64,000 nucleotides of DNA from Laetmonice hystrix (taxonomy: Eukaryota): the NCBI GenBank assembly GCA_965235115.1, contig OZ249436.1:20338001-20402000 (forward strand), in the 5' to 3' direction. Below are positions 13,415 through 26,819 of this stretch, piece by piece (the stretch's first letter is position 1; each line of letters begins with the position of its first letter). The position numbers and the translations under genes were made by a program. The notes under the pieces are model-generated. The model did not search any database and was not told the DNA's origin. It saw only the letters and a program-made list of their open reading frames with translations.

Positions 13415-14948
13415 GCCTGTGGCCTGTGGCCCGGGACCATTCTACGGCTGCCTGTGGCCTGTGGCCCGGGAACCATTCTACGGCTGCCTGTGGCCTGTAG
13501 CCCGGGGCCATTCTACGGCTGCCTGTGGCCTGTGGCCCGGGACCATTCTACGGCTGCCTGTGGCCTGTGGCCCGGGAACCATTCTACGGCTGCCTGTGGC
13601 CTGTAGCCCGGGGCCATTCCACGGCTGCCTGTGGCCTGTGGCCCGGGACCATTCTATGGCTGCTTGTAGCCTGTGGCCCCGGACCATTCTATGGCTGCCT
13701 GTGGCCCGCGGGCCGGGGCTATCCACAGCTGCCTGTGGCCTGTGGCCCGGGACCATTCTACGGCTGCCTGTGGCCTGTGGCCCGGGACCATTCTACGGCT
13801 GCTTGTGGCCTGTGGCCGGGGACCATTCCACGGCTGCCTGTGGCCTGTGGCCGGGGACCATTCTACGGCTGCTTGTGGCCTGTGGCCGGGGACCATTCCA
13901 CGGCTACCTGTGGCCTGTGGCCCGGGCCATTCCACGGCTGCCTGTGGCCTGTACCCCGGGCCATTCCACGGCTGCCTGTGGCCTGTGGCCCGGGACCATT
14001 CTACGGCTGCCTGTGGCCTGTGGCCCGGGGCCATTCCACGGCTGCTTGTGGCCTGTTGCCCGGGGCCATTCTACGGCTGCCTGTGGCCTGTAGCCCGGGG
14101 CCATCCCACGGCTGCCTGTGGCCTGTACCCCGGGCCATTCCACGGCTGCCTGTGGCCTGTTGCTCGGGGCTATTCTACGGCTGCCTGTGGCCTGTAGCCC
14201 GGGGCCATTCTACGGCTGCCTGTGGCCTGTACCCCGGGCCATTCCACGGCTGCCTGTGGCCTGTTGCTCGGGGCTATTCTACGGCTGCCTGTGGCCTGTA
14301 GCCCGGGGCCATTCCACGGCTGCCTGTGGCCTGTGGCCCGGGGCCATTCCACGGCTGCCTGTGGCCTGTGGCCCGGGAACCATTCTACGGCTGCCTGCGG
14401 CCTGTGGCCCGGGGCCATTCTACGGCTGCTTGTGGCCTGTGGCCCGGGGCCATTCCACCGCTGCCTGTGGCCCGCGGGCCGGGGCTATCCACAGCTGCCT
14501 GTGGCCTGTGGCCCGGTGCTATTCCACGGCTGCCTGTGGCCTGTGGCCCGGGGCCATTCCACAGCTGCCTGTGGCCTGTGGCCCGGGACCATTCTACGGC
14601 TGCCTGTGGCCTGTTGCCCGGGGTCATTCCACGGCTGCCTGTGACCTGTGGCCCGGGAACCATTCTACGGCTGCCTGTGGCCTGTGGCCCGGGGTTATTC
14701 CACGGCTGCCTGTGGCCTGTGGCCCGGGGATATTCCACGGCTGCCTGTGGCCTGTGGCCCGGGGCCATTCTACGGCTGCCTGTGGCCTGTGGCCCGGGAA
14801 CCATTCTACGGCTGCCTGTGGCTTGTGGCCCGGGAACCATTCTACGGCTGCCTGTGGCCTGTGGCCCGGGGCTATTCCACGGCTGCCTGTGGCCTGTGGC
14901 CCGGGAACCATTCTACGGCTGCCTGTGGCACGGGAGCCATTCTACGAT
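13415..14948. repeat. GC-rich minisatellite, ~35-36-bp unit (CCATTCTACGGCTGCCTGTGGCCTGTGGCCCGGGA), ~43 copies
   Basis: Direct tandem repetition; explains all long ORFs at 13.3-15.0 kb. Confidence 0.97.
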
Positions 14949-15254
14949 TGACATAAGGCTTCAGTCTTTGTGCAATCGTCAGGGCCTCCTGGGCATGCGC
15001 GTCCTTGAAAAAATAGTGGCTTGTCCCCGGGCGCGTCATTTGAAACTCCATGCCTAGAGTGTATTTTTCGTCTTAAAAAATAAATTCAGATAATTCATAT
15101 TAATTTGGTGGTGGGCGAGTTTTACACCGTTTTTCATTTTTAAAAAACCTAAAGAATTTCGAATCAATTTTGTTTTGTATCAGGACCCCAACAGCATGAA
15201 AGGACAGGAAACCAAAGTGGCTGATTGTTGGGGGGGGGGGGCTGTAGGGTTTAA

Positions 15255-15842
15255 AAGAATGCACCAACATCACGTGTATAGACATTTCAAGGAGTTTTAA
15301 CGATCACATTTATTATATTCTTTCATTCTTTGTCTGTCAGACAGGTTATCGTTAGGATTTCAACACAACAACAGTTTAAAGGTTTAGTTCCAATTATTTC
15401 CTATAGGTCTACATTTTACGAATTGGCGAAAATACTGCTTGTATATAGTCTGGTAATTATGTTCATTTGGAATGACGCACGTCTTTTCCTGGACCTGCAG
15501 CCAACCTACGCGATGGAGTTTTATCCGGGCAACTTTACACCCTTTTCACAGAACGCAAGACTATAGCCGCAGTCACGTGATCATCTGACCCGTTGCAACG
15601 TTATATGTCTGCAGGTTAGACATTCCCGATGGCGGAAAGCAGCGTTGTTTTTGAGTGTTCCCGACAAGAAATGTGGAATGTGAAGGTGACAGTGCATTTC
15701 GCTGATGTTTGTTTACAATACATACGTATATTAAACCTAGGAAGTATCCTCGGGACAGAAGGTGCACAGATTTTGACGAGGTAAGCGTGAAACCAGGCCA
15801 AACTGGCTTCCCGGAACGTTCAACCAGGTTGACATGATTCCT
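15255..15842. mobile_element. Possible old TTAA-flanked non-autonomous element
   Basis: TTAA|AAGAATGCACCAAC ... GTTGACATGATTCCT|TTAA; weak TIR. Confidence 0.4.
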
Positions 15843-16362
15843 TTAAGATTTTGTTCTGGAATGTTTGATAACAATTACCCGTTTGATGACATCTGACAAA
15901 TTAATGATGGCAAGAATGGGAGGGGAAGGAGACAACATCACGTCGTGTGTATAGAATCCAGACGGTGTTCTTCACGCATTATCAAACCTGATATCGGTGC
16001 TGCTGATTTTCCTAATTAATCTGATAACTTGATTTATTATAGCTATGAATGAGAATCTCTACGACATTGACAGGAACTTCTGAAATGTACTATGCAAAAC
16101 ACCATATTTTCTTCCTTGGAAGCCCGCTTTGAGTGCCACTATAATAAACGTGATTATAATCAATTCAGTAGTGATGGAATGGTTGGATTAATTTGTTGCT
16201 TGAGATCATCGTCATAGGGTAGGGTACTTTTAGAAACATTTAAAAGGAAGGGAGAAATTTAACTGGTTTTGAGAGAACATAGTTGTCGCTATAGATAAAT
16301 GTAATGGAAAGTCACATGATGGTGCCTTGATAAGGAGAGCCTCGTTTTGAGATTCCCATATT

Positions 16363-16913
16363 TTCATTCAGATTGTATTACCATCGTTATCATTCAGATT
16401 GTATTACCTTCGTTATCATTCAGATTGTATTACCATCGTTATCATTCAGATTGTATTACCATCGTTATCATTCAGACTGTATTACCATCGTTATCATTCA
16501 GATTGTATTACCATCGTTATCATTCAGATGGTATTACCATCGTTATCATTCAGATTGTATTACCATCGTTATCATTCAGATTGTATTAGGGCCTACCATT
16601 GTTATCATTCAGATTGTATTACCATCGTTATCATTCAGATTGTATTACCATCGTCATTATTCAGATGGTATTACCATCGTTATCATTTAGATTTTATTAC
16701 CATCGTTATCATTCAGATGGTATTACCATCGTTATCATTCAGATTTTATTACCATCGTTATCATTCAGATGGCATTACCATCGTTATCATTCAGATTGTA
16801 TTACCATCGTTATCATTCAGATGGCATTACCATCGTTATCATTCAGATTGTATTACCATCGTTATCATTCAGATGGTATTACGATCGTTATCATTCAGAT
16901 TGTATTACCATCG
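16363..16913. repeat. Minisatellite, 26-bp unit (TATTACCATCGTTATCATTCAGATTG), ~21 copies
   Basis: Direct tandem repetition. Confidence 0.97.
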
Positions 16914-18119
16914 CCCCTAACATCCCTTAGGTGGAGTTACCATCGCCTAAACATAAAATCACCTTCCAAATGCCTGAAATGCGTTATTTCTGTGCTTGTT
17001 TACAGTTATGACTTCATTAGGGAACCACGAATACATTGAGGGGGAAAACAACATCCGTTAAGAAGAATATGAAACATTTACAGTGAAATATTTATTTGCA
17101 GAAAGACAAAACCGGTGAGAAATAAAATATGTTCAATGTTTTGCTTTGGTCCCAATCCATGTGTCGAGAACATAGGCAGGGGTATCCATGCGTCGAGAAA
17201 CACAAATTAATCGACATTTTGGCGATGATTACCAAAGTGTTACGTAATAAAATTAAATACGTAAATTTTAATTGAGTGGACTGAAATAAAAACGTTGTTT
17301 ACGTCATTGCCGTCTTATCATCGATATCCGACCGGTTTAACGAGAGCGTAATTAAGGAAATCGATCGTCAGGATTTCAGTAGTCACATTGTCCATTATTA
17401 CCAGCTTAGAAATTATTCAAGCAACTTTAAGCGAATCGACTCGTCTTGGTCATGTATGGAAATTGTAGGACGGCTTGTTGAACTGGGCAACGAAAAGCCT
17501 TCAGGCTACTGATTTATAAACGTAGATTTCATGATTCATATATTTCATTCTGCTACAGTGCGGGGCTCGCTTGATGCGTTCATAGCATCAAATTGCAATG
17601 TTCGATTTATTTTGAGATTCAGTTTAGCGTACCTCGTTCTAGGCGTAAAGTCCGGGGAGGTAAGTTCCTGTCCCGTCTCTGTATAATCTGTATGTTCCAG
17701 CCGGTCATCATCTATCATCAGTTGTCCTACAGAAACCTCCAGTTCACGGTTTAACTGTTCGCTAAGTTTTGAAGCAGCAGAAATATTCCTCAATGTTTAT
17801 GCATGGGCCTAAAATTATCACCTCCCTTTGCCTGAAAGCAGCTGTAAGGAACCTATAGGAGCAGGAAACTATGTCACCACCGCAAACAGTAAAAGCGACG
17901 CGTTACTATACAGATAATAAGAAGACAGGAGGGCGTCAGATTTCTCTCACTCGATAAAACACATCCTGATCGGTCTGCAATGATAAGGACACGGCAATTA
18001 TATTGTGCTTGATTAAGATCTGACCCACAAAAAAAGCGAATTACGATGGAGCGCAGTGATCACTATCTTTGGACTTTGTAATATTACAGATGGAAAAATA
18101 GACGCCACATAGTTCACGG

Positions 18120-18760
18120 GAAGCCATGCATTACATCATTGTCTACATGATATGTTCCATCAGTGAAGCCATGTATTACATCATTGTCTACATACATTAC
18201 ATGTACATGTATATGTTCCATCAGTGAAGCCTTGTATTACATCATTGTCTACATGATATGTTCCATTAGTGAAGCCATGTATTACATCATTGTCTACATG
18301 ATATGTTCCATCAGTGAAGCCATGTATTACATCATTGTCTACATGATATGTTCCATCAGTGAAGCCATGTATTACATCATTGTCTACATGATATGTTCCA
18401 TCAGTGAAGCCATGTATTACATCATTGTCTACATGATATGTTCCATCAGTGAAGCCATGTATTACATCATTGTCTACATGATGTTCCATCAGTGAAGCCA
18501 TGTATTACATCATTGTCTACATGATATGTTCCATCAGTGAAGCCATGTATTACATCATTGTCTACATGATATGTTCCATCAGTGAAGCCATGTATTACAT
18601 CATTGTCTACATGATATGTTCCATCAGTGAAGCCATGTATTACATCATTGTCTACATGATATGTTCCATCAGTGAAGCCATGTATTACATCATTGTCTAC
18701 ATGATATGTTCCATCAGTGAAGCCATGTATTACATCATTGTCATGATATATCTCATCAGT
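18120..18760. repeat. Minisatellite, 45-bp unit (GAAGCCATGTATTACATCATTGTCTACATGATATGTTCCATCAGT), ~14 copies
   Basis: Near-perfect tandem repetition. Confidence 0.97.
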
Positions 18761-19439
18761 TGAATCGGAATTCTTCCAGGGGCATTCCTCTCAGCACTTC
18801 ACAACTGAACCCAGCTGTCCTAGCCGGCAATAACAACCCCCCCCCCCCCCCGACACCAGTAAGGATAATCTTCCGGGTAGCAGGTTTCTGTCACCCTTTA
18901 CCCTCATCATCACCGGTTGTAATATTGTCAGGGCACCATCACCATTACGTCCATTCCACTATTAAACATTGTATCCTTAAGAAACTTCTCCTCAGATCAG
19001 GTTTTGGAAACAACGTATGAAGTAGTATCGAGTCGTTGTCGCAACGTCATTAAAGCTGATGTCCATGCTTTATGTGCCAGAACTCGACGACCGTTCCTTA
19101 ATTGACTTATTTCAATTCTAGAAATATCTGAAGCTTGTTTGTAAGGGAGAACATCAAAGGACCAAATTATATCGATAATGTAAGAGTCGTGTTACAATAT
19201 ACATTATAAGCTTTAGGGGAATAGACTCATAAAGACACTTCATAGGGTGGGTTGGTGGTCCAGTTATTCCACGAGTTGTCATACTGCTACTTATGCAACC
19301 TCTCATGAGACTCCCCCACCCCCACCCCCACCCCCACCCACCCGCCCTGGCCGCCTCTAGCCTAACCATAGGCTCTAGGCCTACCGACATCCACGGCCTC
19401 GATTGATTCAGAATCGGTCCGCTCGCTGGCTAGCAGACA

Positions 19440-19615
19440 GCAGCATGCGCATGCGAAAATAGGGATAAACCGGAACTATAAGTCACTGTGACGTCAACGG
19501 ACTTCCGGAAAGTAACACAATGGCGGCGCTGCTGAAGCGGGTGATTTTTTTATGGAAATATCATGTTAGACATACGAATTCCCAGAATGTATTTCCAGAC
19601 ACTACTGTGGTACGT
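19440..19615 (+). promoter_or_regulatory. Housekeeping-type promoter motif cluster followed by an orphan first-exon-like segment
   Basis: GCATGCGCATGCG (NRF1-like), CCGGAA and ACTTCCGGAA (ETS-like), TGACGTCA (CRE), AATGGCGGC (YY1-like/ATG at 19520); frame MAALLKRVIFLWKYHVRH.. ends at a GTACGT donor near 19610. Confidence 0.5.
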
Positions 19616-20861
19616 TAGTTTACATAGAGGCCTAGCTCCGTTTTATATGTGATTTTTGACAAGTTTTTCCTTTGAAGTGATGGTCATGCGGAATGCCACA
19701 CGAAATGTACAGACACAATCCGGGACACACGACCTTTGAATTGGAAACCACTTCCGGTTGGCTGCTGCTTGTCTGCACGCTCGCGATCGCACCTATTTGC
19801 TAAAATGAATGCTCATATATATTGCACGGGAACTCTGAAGTAGCCGATGCTAGCGTATGACGTACGGCGGACAATGGCGTCAGACGTATAATTCAGCCTT
19901 TAGGCGCAGGGGCCTATGGGTAACGAGGACGCCGCTTTCCGAACTACTTTTTTAAGGAGCCATGGCAGATTTCCCTGTGACACCAATCAAACATCTTCTT
20001 TTCGATAGAAATGCTCCATGGCCTTATCTGTTCCGGCTTCAGCGTGAAAGCAAGCCCAAGTGGCTGATGCACCTCTTCGCCTCTTCGATAACAGCTGCCA
20101 TCTCACAGACGTGCGTGCACTGCTTTGTGTCACAGGTGTAGTAATCTAACGAGTAAGGTGCCGCGCATATACATCTTTGGGCCGTGAGTGATTATGTGAG
20201 AGTCATTTCTGTGGACGGCCCGAAGGTTGTCGAAGATTGCAAAGGCATACCTTCTTGAGAGGACCCCTCCACCCCCCCCCCCCCCCCATGTCGGAACGTT
20301 AACGGGGCGCGGGGGGGGGTAAAACTGGTAACAATCTTTAAGATAAGCTACATCTCAGAAGTGAAAAAAATCTGATGAGAAAATCCTGTAGAACAGGTTT
20401 TTGCATTTCCTCTCACCTCTTATCCCAAGTCAGGACAATACCCCCCGCATTATCTTGCTAGAATAGATGAGCTTGCCTGTTTATGGTTGACATATGAGTC
20501 ATGGGTATTTCATGTACATTAACATCATAGAGCACCATGAAGGCTGTGATAGCATAGGATTTGTGTCGTATCTTGACTTCCCTAAAGCAGGCTCATACAT
20601 ACATTATTTCGCATTAACATATCACCGCTTGCGCCCGGCTCAGACGTCTATTAGTTATTTTCATCTCTTAACGTGCCCTTCGGCATTTCCACTGTCCTCA
20701 GCAAATAAGGCAGGCAGAAGATATTCAGACACGACAGATGTGCCCACGTTAAAGGCATGTTTAAGAAGTGTATCAATTATGCAAGCCCTGGCCTTTAGTT
20801 GACCATATGGTCGGAAGATGGTTCCATATATTTACTTCACAGAGGTGTTTGTAGAGAATCT

Positions 20862-21140
20862 ACCTGATACATACATGTACAGGATACAGACCTGTACATT
20901 ATCTGATACATGTACAGGATACAGACCTGTACATTATCTGATACATGTACAGGATACAGACCTGTACATTATCTGATACATGTACAGGATACAGACCTGT
21001 ACATTATCTGATACATGTACAGGATACAGACATGTACATTATCTGATACATGTACCTATGATACAGACCTGTATGATACATACATATATACAGGACACAG
21101 ACCTGTACATTATCTGATATGATACAGACGTGTACATTAT
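20862..21140. repeat. Minisatellite, 35-bp unit (TGATACATGTACAGGATACAGACCTGTACATTATC), ~7 copies
   Basis: Direct tandem repetition. Confidence 0.93.
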
Positions 21141-23772
21141 TAACCTCCAGAGTCAGCTACACGAAATAGGACATGATAAACGGTAACCTGCCATCGTATT
21201 CTTTTCCTAGGGCAAGCTACATCAGCTAGATAGGTAGGGCATTTAAAGTAAGACTTGAAGTTGGAGACTTTCACTTTATATTTTTTGCACCTGTCAGATA
21301 GGCATTAACCTCGTGGGATATAAAAATTCAGTGATCTCTCAAATCATAGTTTCTATATGCGAAACTGTACACAGCGATTTGATTGAATATTCAATACTCA
21401 ATAACGTACAGTAGCTCTTAAACACGCCCAATTCGTAAAATAGTAGACCTGCTGTTAGAGGAGGCCTTCCTGTGAATGTAACTACAGATCATTCGTGGAT
21501 GCCACTGACGGAGGCGCGCTGCTCCGGATGTATAGAACAAAGGCGGCGGAGATGTGACAGGCGCGACCTGACCGGTTGATAAACAGGCGCGCGTCTCTTG
21601 GATTTATCCGAGCATGCTGGGGTCCCTTGCGACGAAGTAATTCTGAATTCTTGCCAAGATAGAACAAAAGGGGGCTTGTCTAAAATGTCATTTTCGTCAA
21701 CGTTTTCCTTTGCCATATTCATTAAATAGCCAGTCAAGGAGATTACTTTGCATAGTACACCTTAGGGTAATATTAAAATAGGAATTTGGAATTGAAACAT
21801 CTGCTTCCAGCCCAGATTATTGGCCGTATCAGTAAAGGCAGTGGCATCTGTCAAATCGCATTGAGCAGAAAGGAATCAATATTCTGTTAAGTGTCGTGCC
21901 ATCGTTGTGAATAAAATGCAGCAAAGCGTAATCTAGTCAATCCTAGCCATTACATCGAATTGAATAAAGCAAGGAAGACTTTATTGACTTGATCGGGTAG
22001 GCACTGGTGGGGACTTGACTCCTCTCCAAGATAAAGTGGTCTGGGGCAAGGGGACCCAATGTAGTTTTATGTCCTCGAGAACACTATTCGGTATCCTGCA
22101 ATAACGGTTAATGGGCAGCACGGCCTGTCAGTATCGAGAGAACCTCTCAGGGTTTCAGGAATGAACCGTGGTCATTTCACTGTTCAGATAATGGCCACAA
22201 ACCTATCCTGTACAATATACAACTTATGTGTACTTATGTGTACTGATGAATAACAAAATACCAATCTTACAGTAAATGTGGAAGCAGTATGGTTGTTTCT
22301 CTTCAAGAGGCCAAAGCCCCTCGGCGCGGGAGTGGGAATGTTATGTTGTGCAGCGCATGTCACCAGGAATAGTACGTTTAGAGTAAGGTCAATGCCTTCG
22401 CCCCATGTCCAATAGGACACTATGATGTGTGCGCTTGTGCAGCAAACCAACGCCGAACGATTGTCGATATCGCTGGAGGGTTGAGGTCGTTAGGATCCGA
22501 TGGTAACGATCTGGCAGCAATGAAATTATAACCCCTGCTGACACGGGGGATAGGCCTCGGCGGCGTCCGAAAAAACGGAGCATTGAGCAAACAATCATTC
22601 TGCAGACTGGGGTGGTCAATTCAATCTGAGATGGCGTAGAGTCCGTACAGGAGGGACTCACGGACCATGCAGTAGATCTGATTCATGTGTCTACTGGAGT
22701 CGGTAGTCTATCAATGGTGGTCGGAGACATCAGTATGGATTGCAGTGCACTGGATGACCTGAGGGCTACTGACTCAAAGAGGTGTACGGTCGAACTGACC
22801 GCATTCCAAAATTTGAAGCTGCAATATATTTAATAAAAAAAAGCTGAACTCTTTAAACTGAGGACCTTCGATCCCGAGGTTTAACTGACCTAAAACACGG
22901 AACGGATGATTGCCCGTGGATAGATCTTACTCACGGAAGGACTGACAATCTGTGTGTTTATATTCCCAGCGGTTACTTTATCGCGTTTGTCTACCAAGGC
23001 ACAAACCATCCCCACTAAATAAACAACTCGATTTTATTCCTTCTGACTATGATAAGGTTGATTCGATTGGCACAAGGCGTGAAATGGTCATGACATAATA
23101 AATGATTTATTATATAGGTTCAAATGTCATTTTCCGTTCCGTTTCTTGACTCCTCTTTGACGTCCTCTTCTTTTAATGACCTCAGCCCTTCGATTCGTGG
23201 TTTCAATCATTGTTTTAATGCGTAACTGTTAATAGCCAGCCGGCGACGGTGAGTGACGACTGTGTGGGAATGGGAGATGACATGGGTCCGGGGTGTGAAT
23301 GACAAACTGCACGACTCCTGAAACTCTTCTCAGTCACTGTGATCACTTCATTCACGAAATGTTCTCCACGGCTTGAAGCATCCCACTTGTCGTTAATGAA
23401 GGTCATAACGGCTTCTTGAGAGACAGCCTTCATATTGACTACCCCTGCCTCCTCTGCACAAATACAAATTCTGAAAGGATTTCTCTCAAGTGCGACGTTT
23501 TGACGCAAGTAATGGAACTCAAGTGACCAGTCGTAACTTCTTTGTAATCAACAGTTTCCATATATAGCCACGAGCGAGGCGCTTGACTTGCAAGATATGA
23601 TTTGTTATTCATCCCGAGGGTCTAAATGCAAAATGAGTATCACTTGGAGTCAATTTATTCATGTGGTATTAAAAACAGCAAAATTGACAGTTCTGTAGAA
23701 TGAAAGCAGCCATGCAAACTGGTGATATAATTTACCAGCGTTGATCATGGACTGCCAAGTGTTATCTACAAT

Positions 23773-23793
23773 ACTCTCTCTCTCTCTCTCTCT

Positions 23794-23838
<45 letters not shown>
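23773..23838. repeat. (CT)n microsatellite
   Basis: Read directly. Confidence 0.98.
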
Positions 23839-23843
<5 letters not shown>

Positions 23844-25095
23844 CCACACCCACAACCTGCTTCTGTTTGATCTGAATTGCACAGAAATATTATAATATTG
23901 AAACAATTTAACATGTATTGCCCAGAAAACTTGGGCCAGCAAACTCGATGCCACCACTTTACCGTTAACTTACCACTCTACTTTTTTCCGGATTGGTGAC
24001 ATTCCTTCTGCCTCTCAGGTGGGCTTTTCGTGATTTTCGGCTTGGCCGTAGGTATCACGCAAATATTGTACCTATTTGACATTGCATAATGTTCTCAAAC
24101 GTATTTTGGAACGTGCAGGGAGTGTCATCAGAACTTGGCATAGATTTTCCGACTACGGATGTCAGGGCATTAGTTTATACATGTATAACGGGTGTCATAC
24201 ACCAGATCACCAGTGAGGATTGGAAGTGTCACCACCATAACGTAGACGGGGATTGGGACATCTCATCAAAAAGCAGCAGTCATTCAATTCTTGGGGAGGA
24301 GATCGACTACATCGAACTTGGCAGACGATTCCACAACGCTACCAATTATAGCGGAACTGTTAGCCATGGATCAATATAACTTTAAATGGCAGGTGCTTTA
24401 ACAATCAAATTCACATGCATTCATGCATTAACGGCATTTTGACTGAAAGAGTCCCAGCTTGGCATCCGAAAGTTGATACTTAGTTGACTGAAGCGTAATT
24501 GAAAAAGATGTGTATGCATCTAGCTAAAAGCATGCCACTTGTAGTACTATTAAAGTTACAGAATAGTTTCCTCCTCAACGGACCTGTAAGTCCCGGATAG
24601 AATTGTCTGCCTGAGCTGGCTCTACCTGAAAACCGGGAAAGTTATGTTGATAGATTACTGACGAAACATGCCCATTATGGGAAGAATCTACTTAAATCGC
24701 CGTCTGCTTAGTTTAAAAGTGATTTAAATAATATTATGTTATTTCAGATGTAAAAATATTCATAACAAATACATACGTATATCCATCAACCAATGCACCG
24801 ATTTGATACAATAACATTTCAATCGTAGTGTTAGTGACATCAACCGCAACGCACCAATACAATAACATTTCAATCGTCGTGACAGATAAAATAATATAAT
24901 AAACCTCCTTATCAGGATAATATTGTATTTTTGATAGCGCCTTCAATCTTGAAGAAAGTTCCTAATTCGGCCAAGATTGTTGAACGAAAAGATGCAGATC
25001 CCTTTTGATCATGATTAGACCATATGCCAACGTTTCCATGAACATTAGGGGAATATTGCTGAGAGACTCCTGGGAATGAGTTGGCAAACCTTTAA

Positions 25096-25625
25096 AGGGG
25101 CATATTATGAGGAAACGTTAAAAATCGGTATTTCATAGAACTTTTGCTGTTTTCATAAAGAGATCCTTCATTAAAGTTGCTTAGTAAACAAAGACGGACT
25201 TATCAGTTTCATTTTGCGTGAGAAATCGAAGTTTATTAAGCTCCCTTGCCCGCTTCTCTGCCGATTTCGTAAACTATTTTTTGGGTGGCATTCTGATGCC
25301 GGGCGATCGAGTGCCACTGCTGAATTGTTTACAACTAAGCGAAGCACGTGACTAAGCACATGCAGAGCGTGCACACACAGGATGTGACACAGTATGCAAT
25401 TACACGGGTTGATGGGAGGTTGTCTATACCAAATTATGGTGGGAGATGTGCTATCGGAAGAAATCTATAGGTTTGGTCGTATAGAACCTACTTGTGCTGC
25501 ATACGCAGCGAAAACACGTCGGAGGACAAAATGCTGTGGTAGGATTATTTACTTGGATCCCTAGTACATGGTGATGTTGGATAATTGCCGGAAATCCAAA
25601 AAAACGTGTTTCATAGCATGCCCCT
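25096..25625. mobile_element. TTAA-flanked non-autonomous DNA transposon (Kolobok-like), copy 1, inserted in relic B
   Basis: TTAA|AGGGGCATATTATGAGGAAACG ... CGTGTTTCATAGCATGCCCCT|TTAA; second copy at 53343-53778. Confidence 0.9.
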
Positions 25626-26819
25626 TTAACATGAATTTACCTACATCCATGCACATGATTGAGGTTTAACATGTTCCAATAGACTGACTGCCTGTACCAA
25701 AGGACCAATTTATGTCGAAAATCTCGTGTACAATATATATATTATAAGCTTCAGGAGAATAGTCTCATACAAACGCTCTTCATTGGGAGGGGGTTGCAGT
25801 CCTCCCACGACCTTTGAATTGGAAACTACTTCCGGTTACTACTGTAGAAAGGAGTCATCATCCATCGTGGGATTCGGAAATTCCCTGACAAAATAAGTAC
25901 ACCCCAGGAAGGGTGAAGAGATCATACCTTTGGATCCTTTGGGCCCAGTGAGAAGTCAGGTCTGTTATCTGGCCTGTCATACCGCGTGTTTGATCAAAGT
26001 TGAAGGGCGAACTCCATCATAGCGGTTTTCCATCCGGTTTGTCTTTCAAAGATAGAAATTCGTTTTCTATTATTTGGTAGTTGTCTGTCGCTCATGCGGG
26101 AAATGGTTTCTGTCCTTCTCACAACCGCAATGACATCAAAATAATCTGACAAGAGCATTCGTCTTGATAGTTTCTAACACTTTAACCAGAATCATGTCAC
26201 TCCGTCCCTCAAATTTGACGGAAAGAAATGGGACAAACGAACGAAATATATAGGTCATTGTAACTGAGGGTCGAAGTAAAAGCCCCTCTCTGTTATGTAG
26301 TTTTTTCTAAAAAGATGACTGGTTGTGGCAAATACAAAATCGAAACACAATCTGCCCTTAAAGATACATAGAAATCTGAGGAGAGGGGAAGATTATATTT
26401 ACCTCATCAAATTCAGGCATCTGGTGTCGGTTTCATGTGGAACTAATCACCCATACACTGTAAATGATCGTCCTTTCCTAACCATACAGTGTAGAACTGT
26501 ATGCCATACATGCCATACATGGTTTATTCACACAGCCTTGCAGTATTTCTTACAAGGTTCCGGATTTGTAGCATCCATTCTTCTGATATATCGTTAATCA
26601 AATTTAACAGTAATTGTTTAAGATCCAAATTACGATAGGTTGCACGACGCTTGGCAGGAATGAGTAAACGTTATAAGTACAAACTACTGCTGCTAATTGA
26701 TTGTCCACACTTTACAAAACCTAACGTGTCGATGTTCGCACTGAAGGTATATGCCGGATCAAAGACCTGTAATGATGGTATTTCAAACACAAGTTATGCC
26801 CGTCAATATTTGACAGCTA

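Larger units (their letters stand above)
17150..21900 (-). pseudogene. Decayed TLR-like/LRR receptor relic A, interrupted by satellites and insertions
   Basis: Minus-strand motifs in order: LRRNT-like C..RCHC...ADVS (~21790-21870), STNDL/SYIHRKA (~21460-21500), VLNIQSNR (21374-21397), DISFNDV (19043-19063). DNA homology of 19155-19274 plus 19728-19760 to 25698-25838 in relic B. TIR end is weak and boundaries are approximate. Confidence 0.55.
23250..26580 (-). pseudogene. Decayed Toll-like receptor relic B (LRRNT-LRRs-LRRCT-TM-TIR)
   Basis: PCKKYCK and VPHETDTRCLNLMR (26405-26560); LSYNDL (26251-26268); VLILSGN (25880-25900); SFNNLGRI (24964-24987); FDC*STCHL and RCSRSPPQEL (24290-24420); hydrophobic VYVMVVTLPILTG; TIR-like single frame ..LILHLDPRD..SLVAIYGN..SYDWSLEFHYLRQ..RICICAEE..KWD..FVNEV (23300-23750). 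Many stops and frameshifts. Confidence 0.7.

Noticed and set aside
13263..15057. Long Cys/Pro/Gly-rich ORFs of up to 277 aa
   Set aside because: Open in several frames on both strands because the GC-rich 36-bp repeat lacks stops; no splice or start context
16347..18763. Hydrophobic repetitive ORFs (also 48912-49289 and 60713-61242)
   Set aside because: Minisatellite translations
22389..22800. Possible LINE 5' or ORF fragment
   Set aside because: Only a vague RRRG..AG resemblance; insufficient evidence
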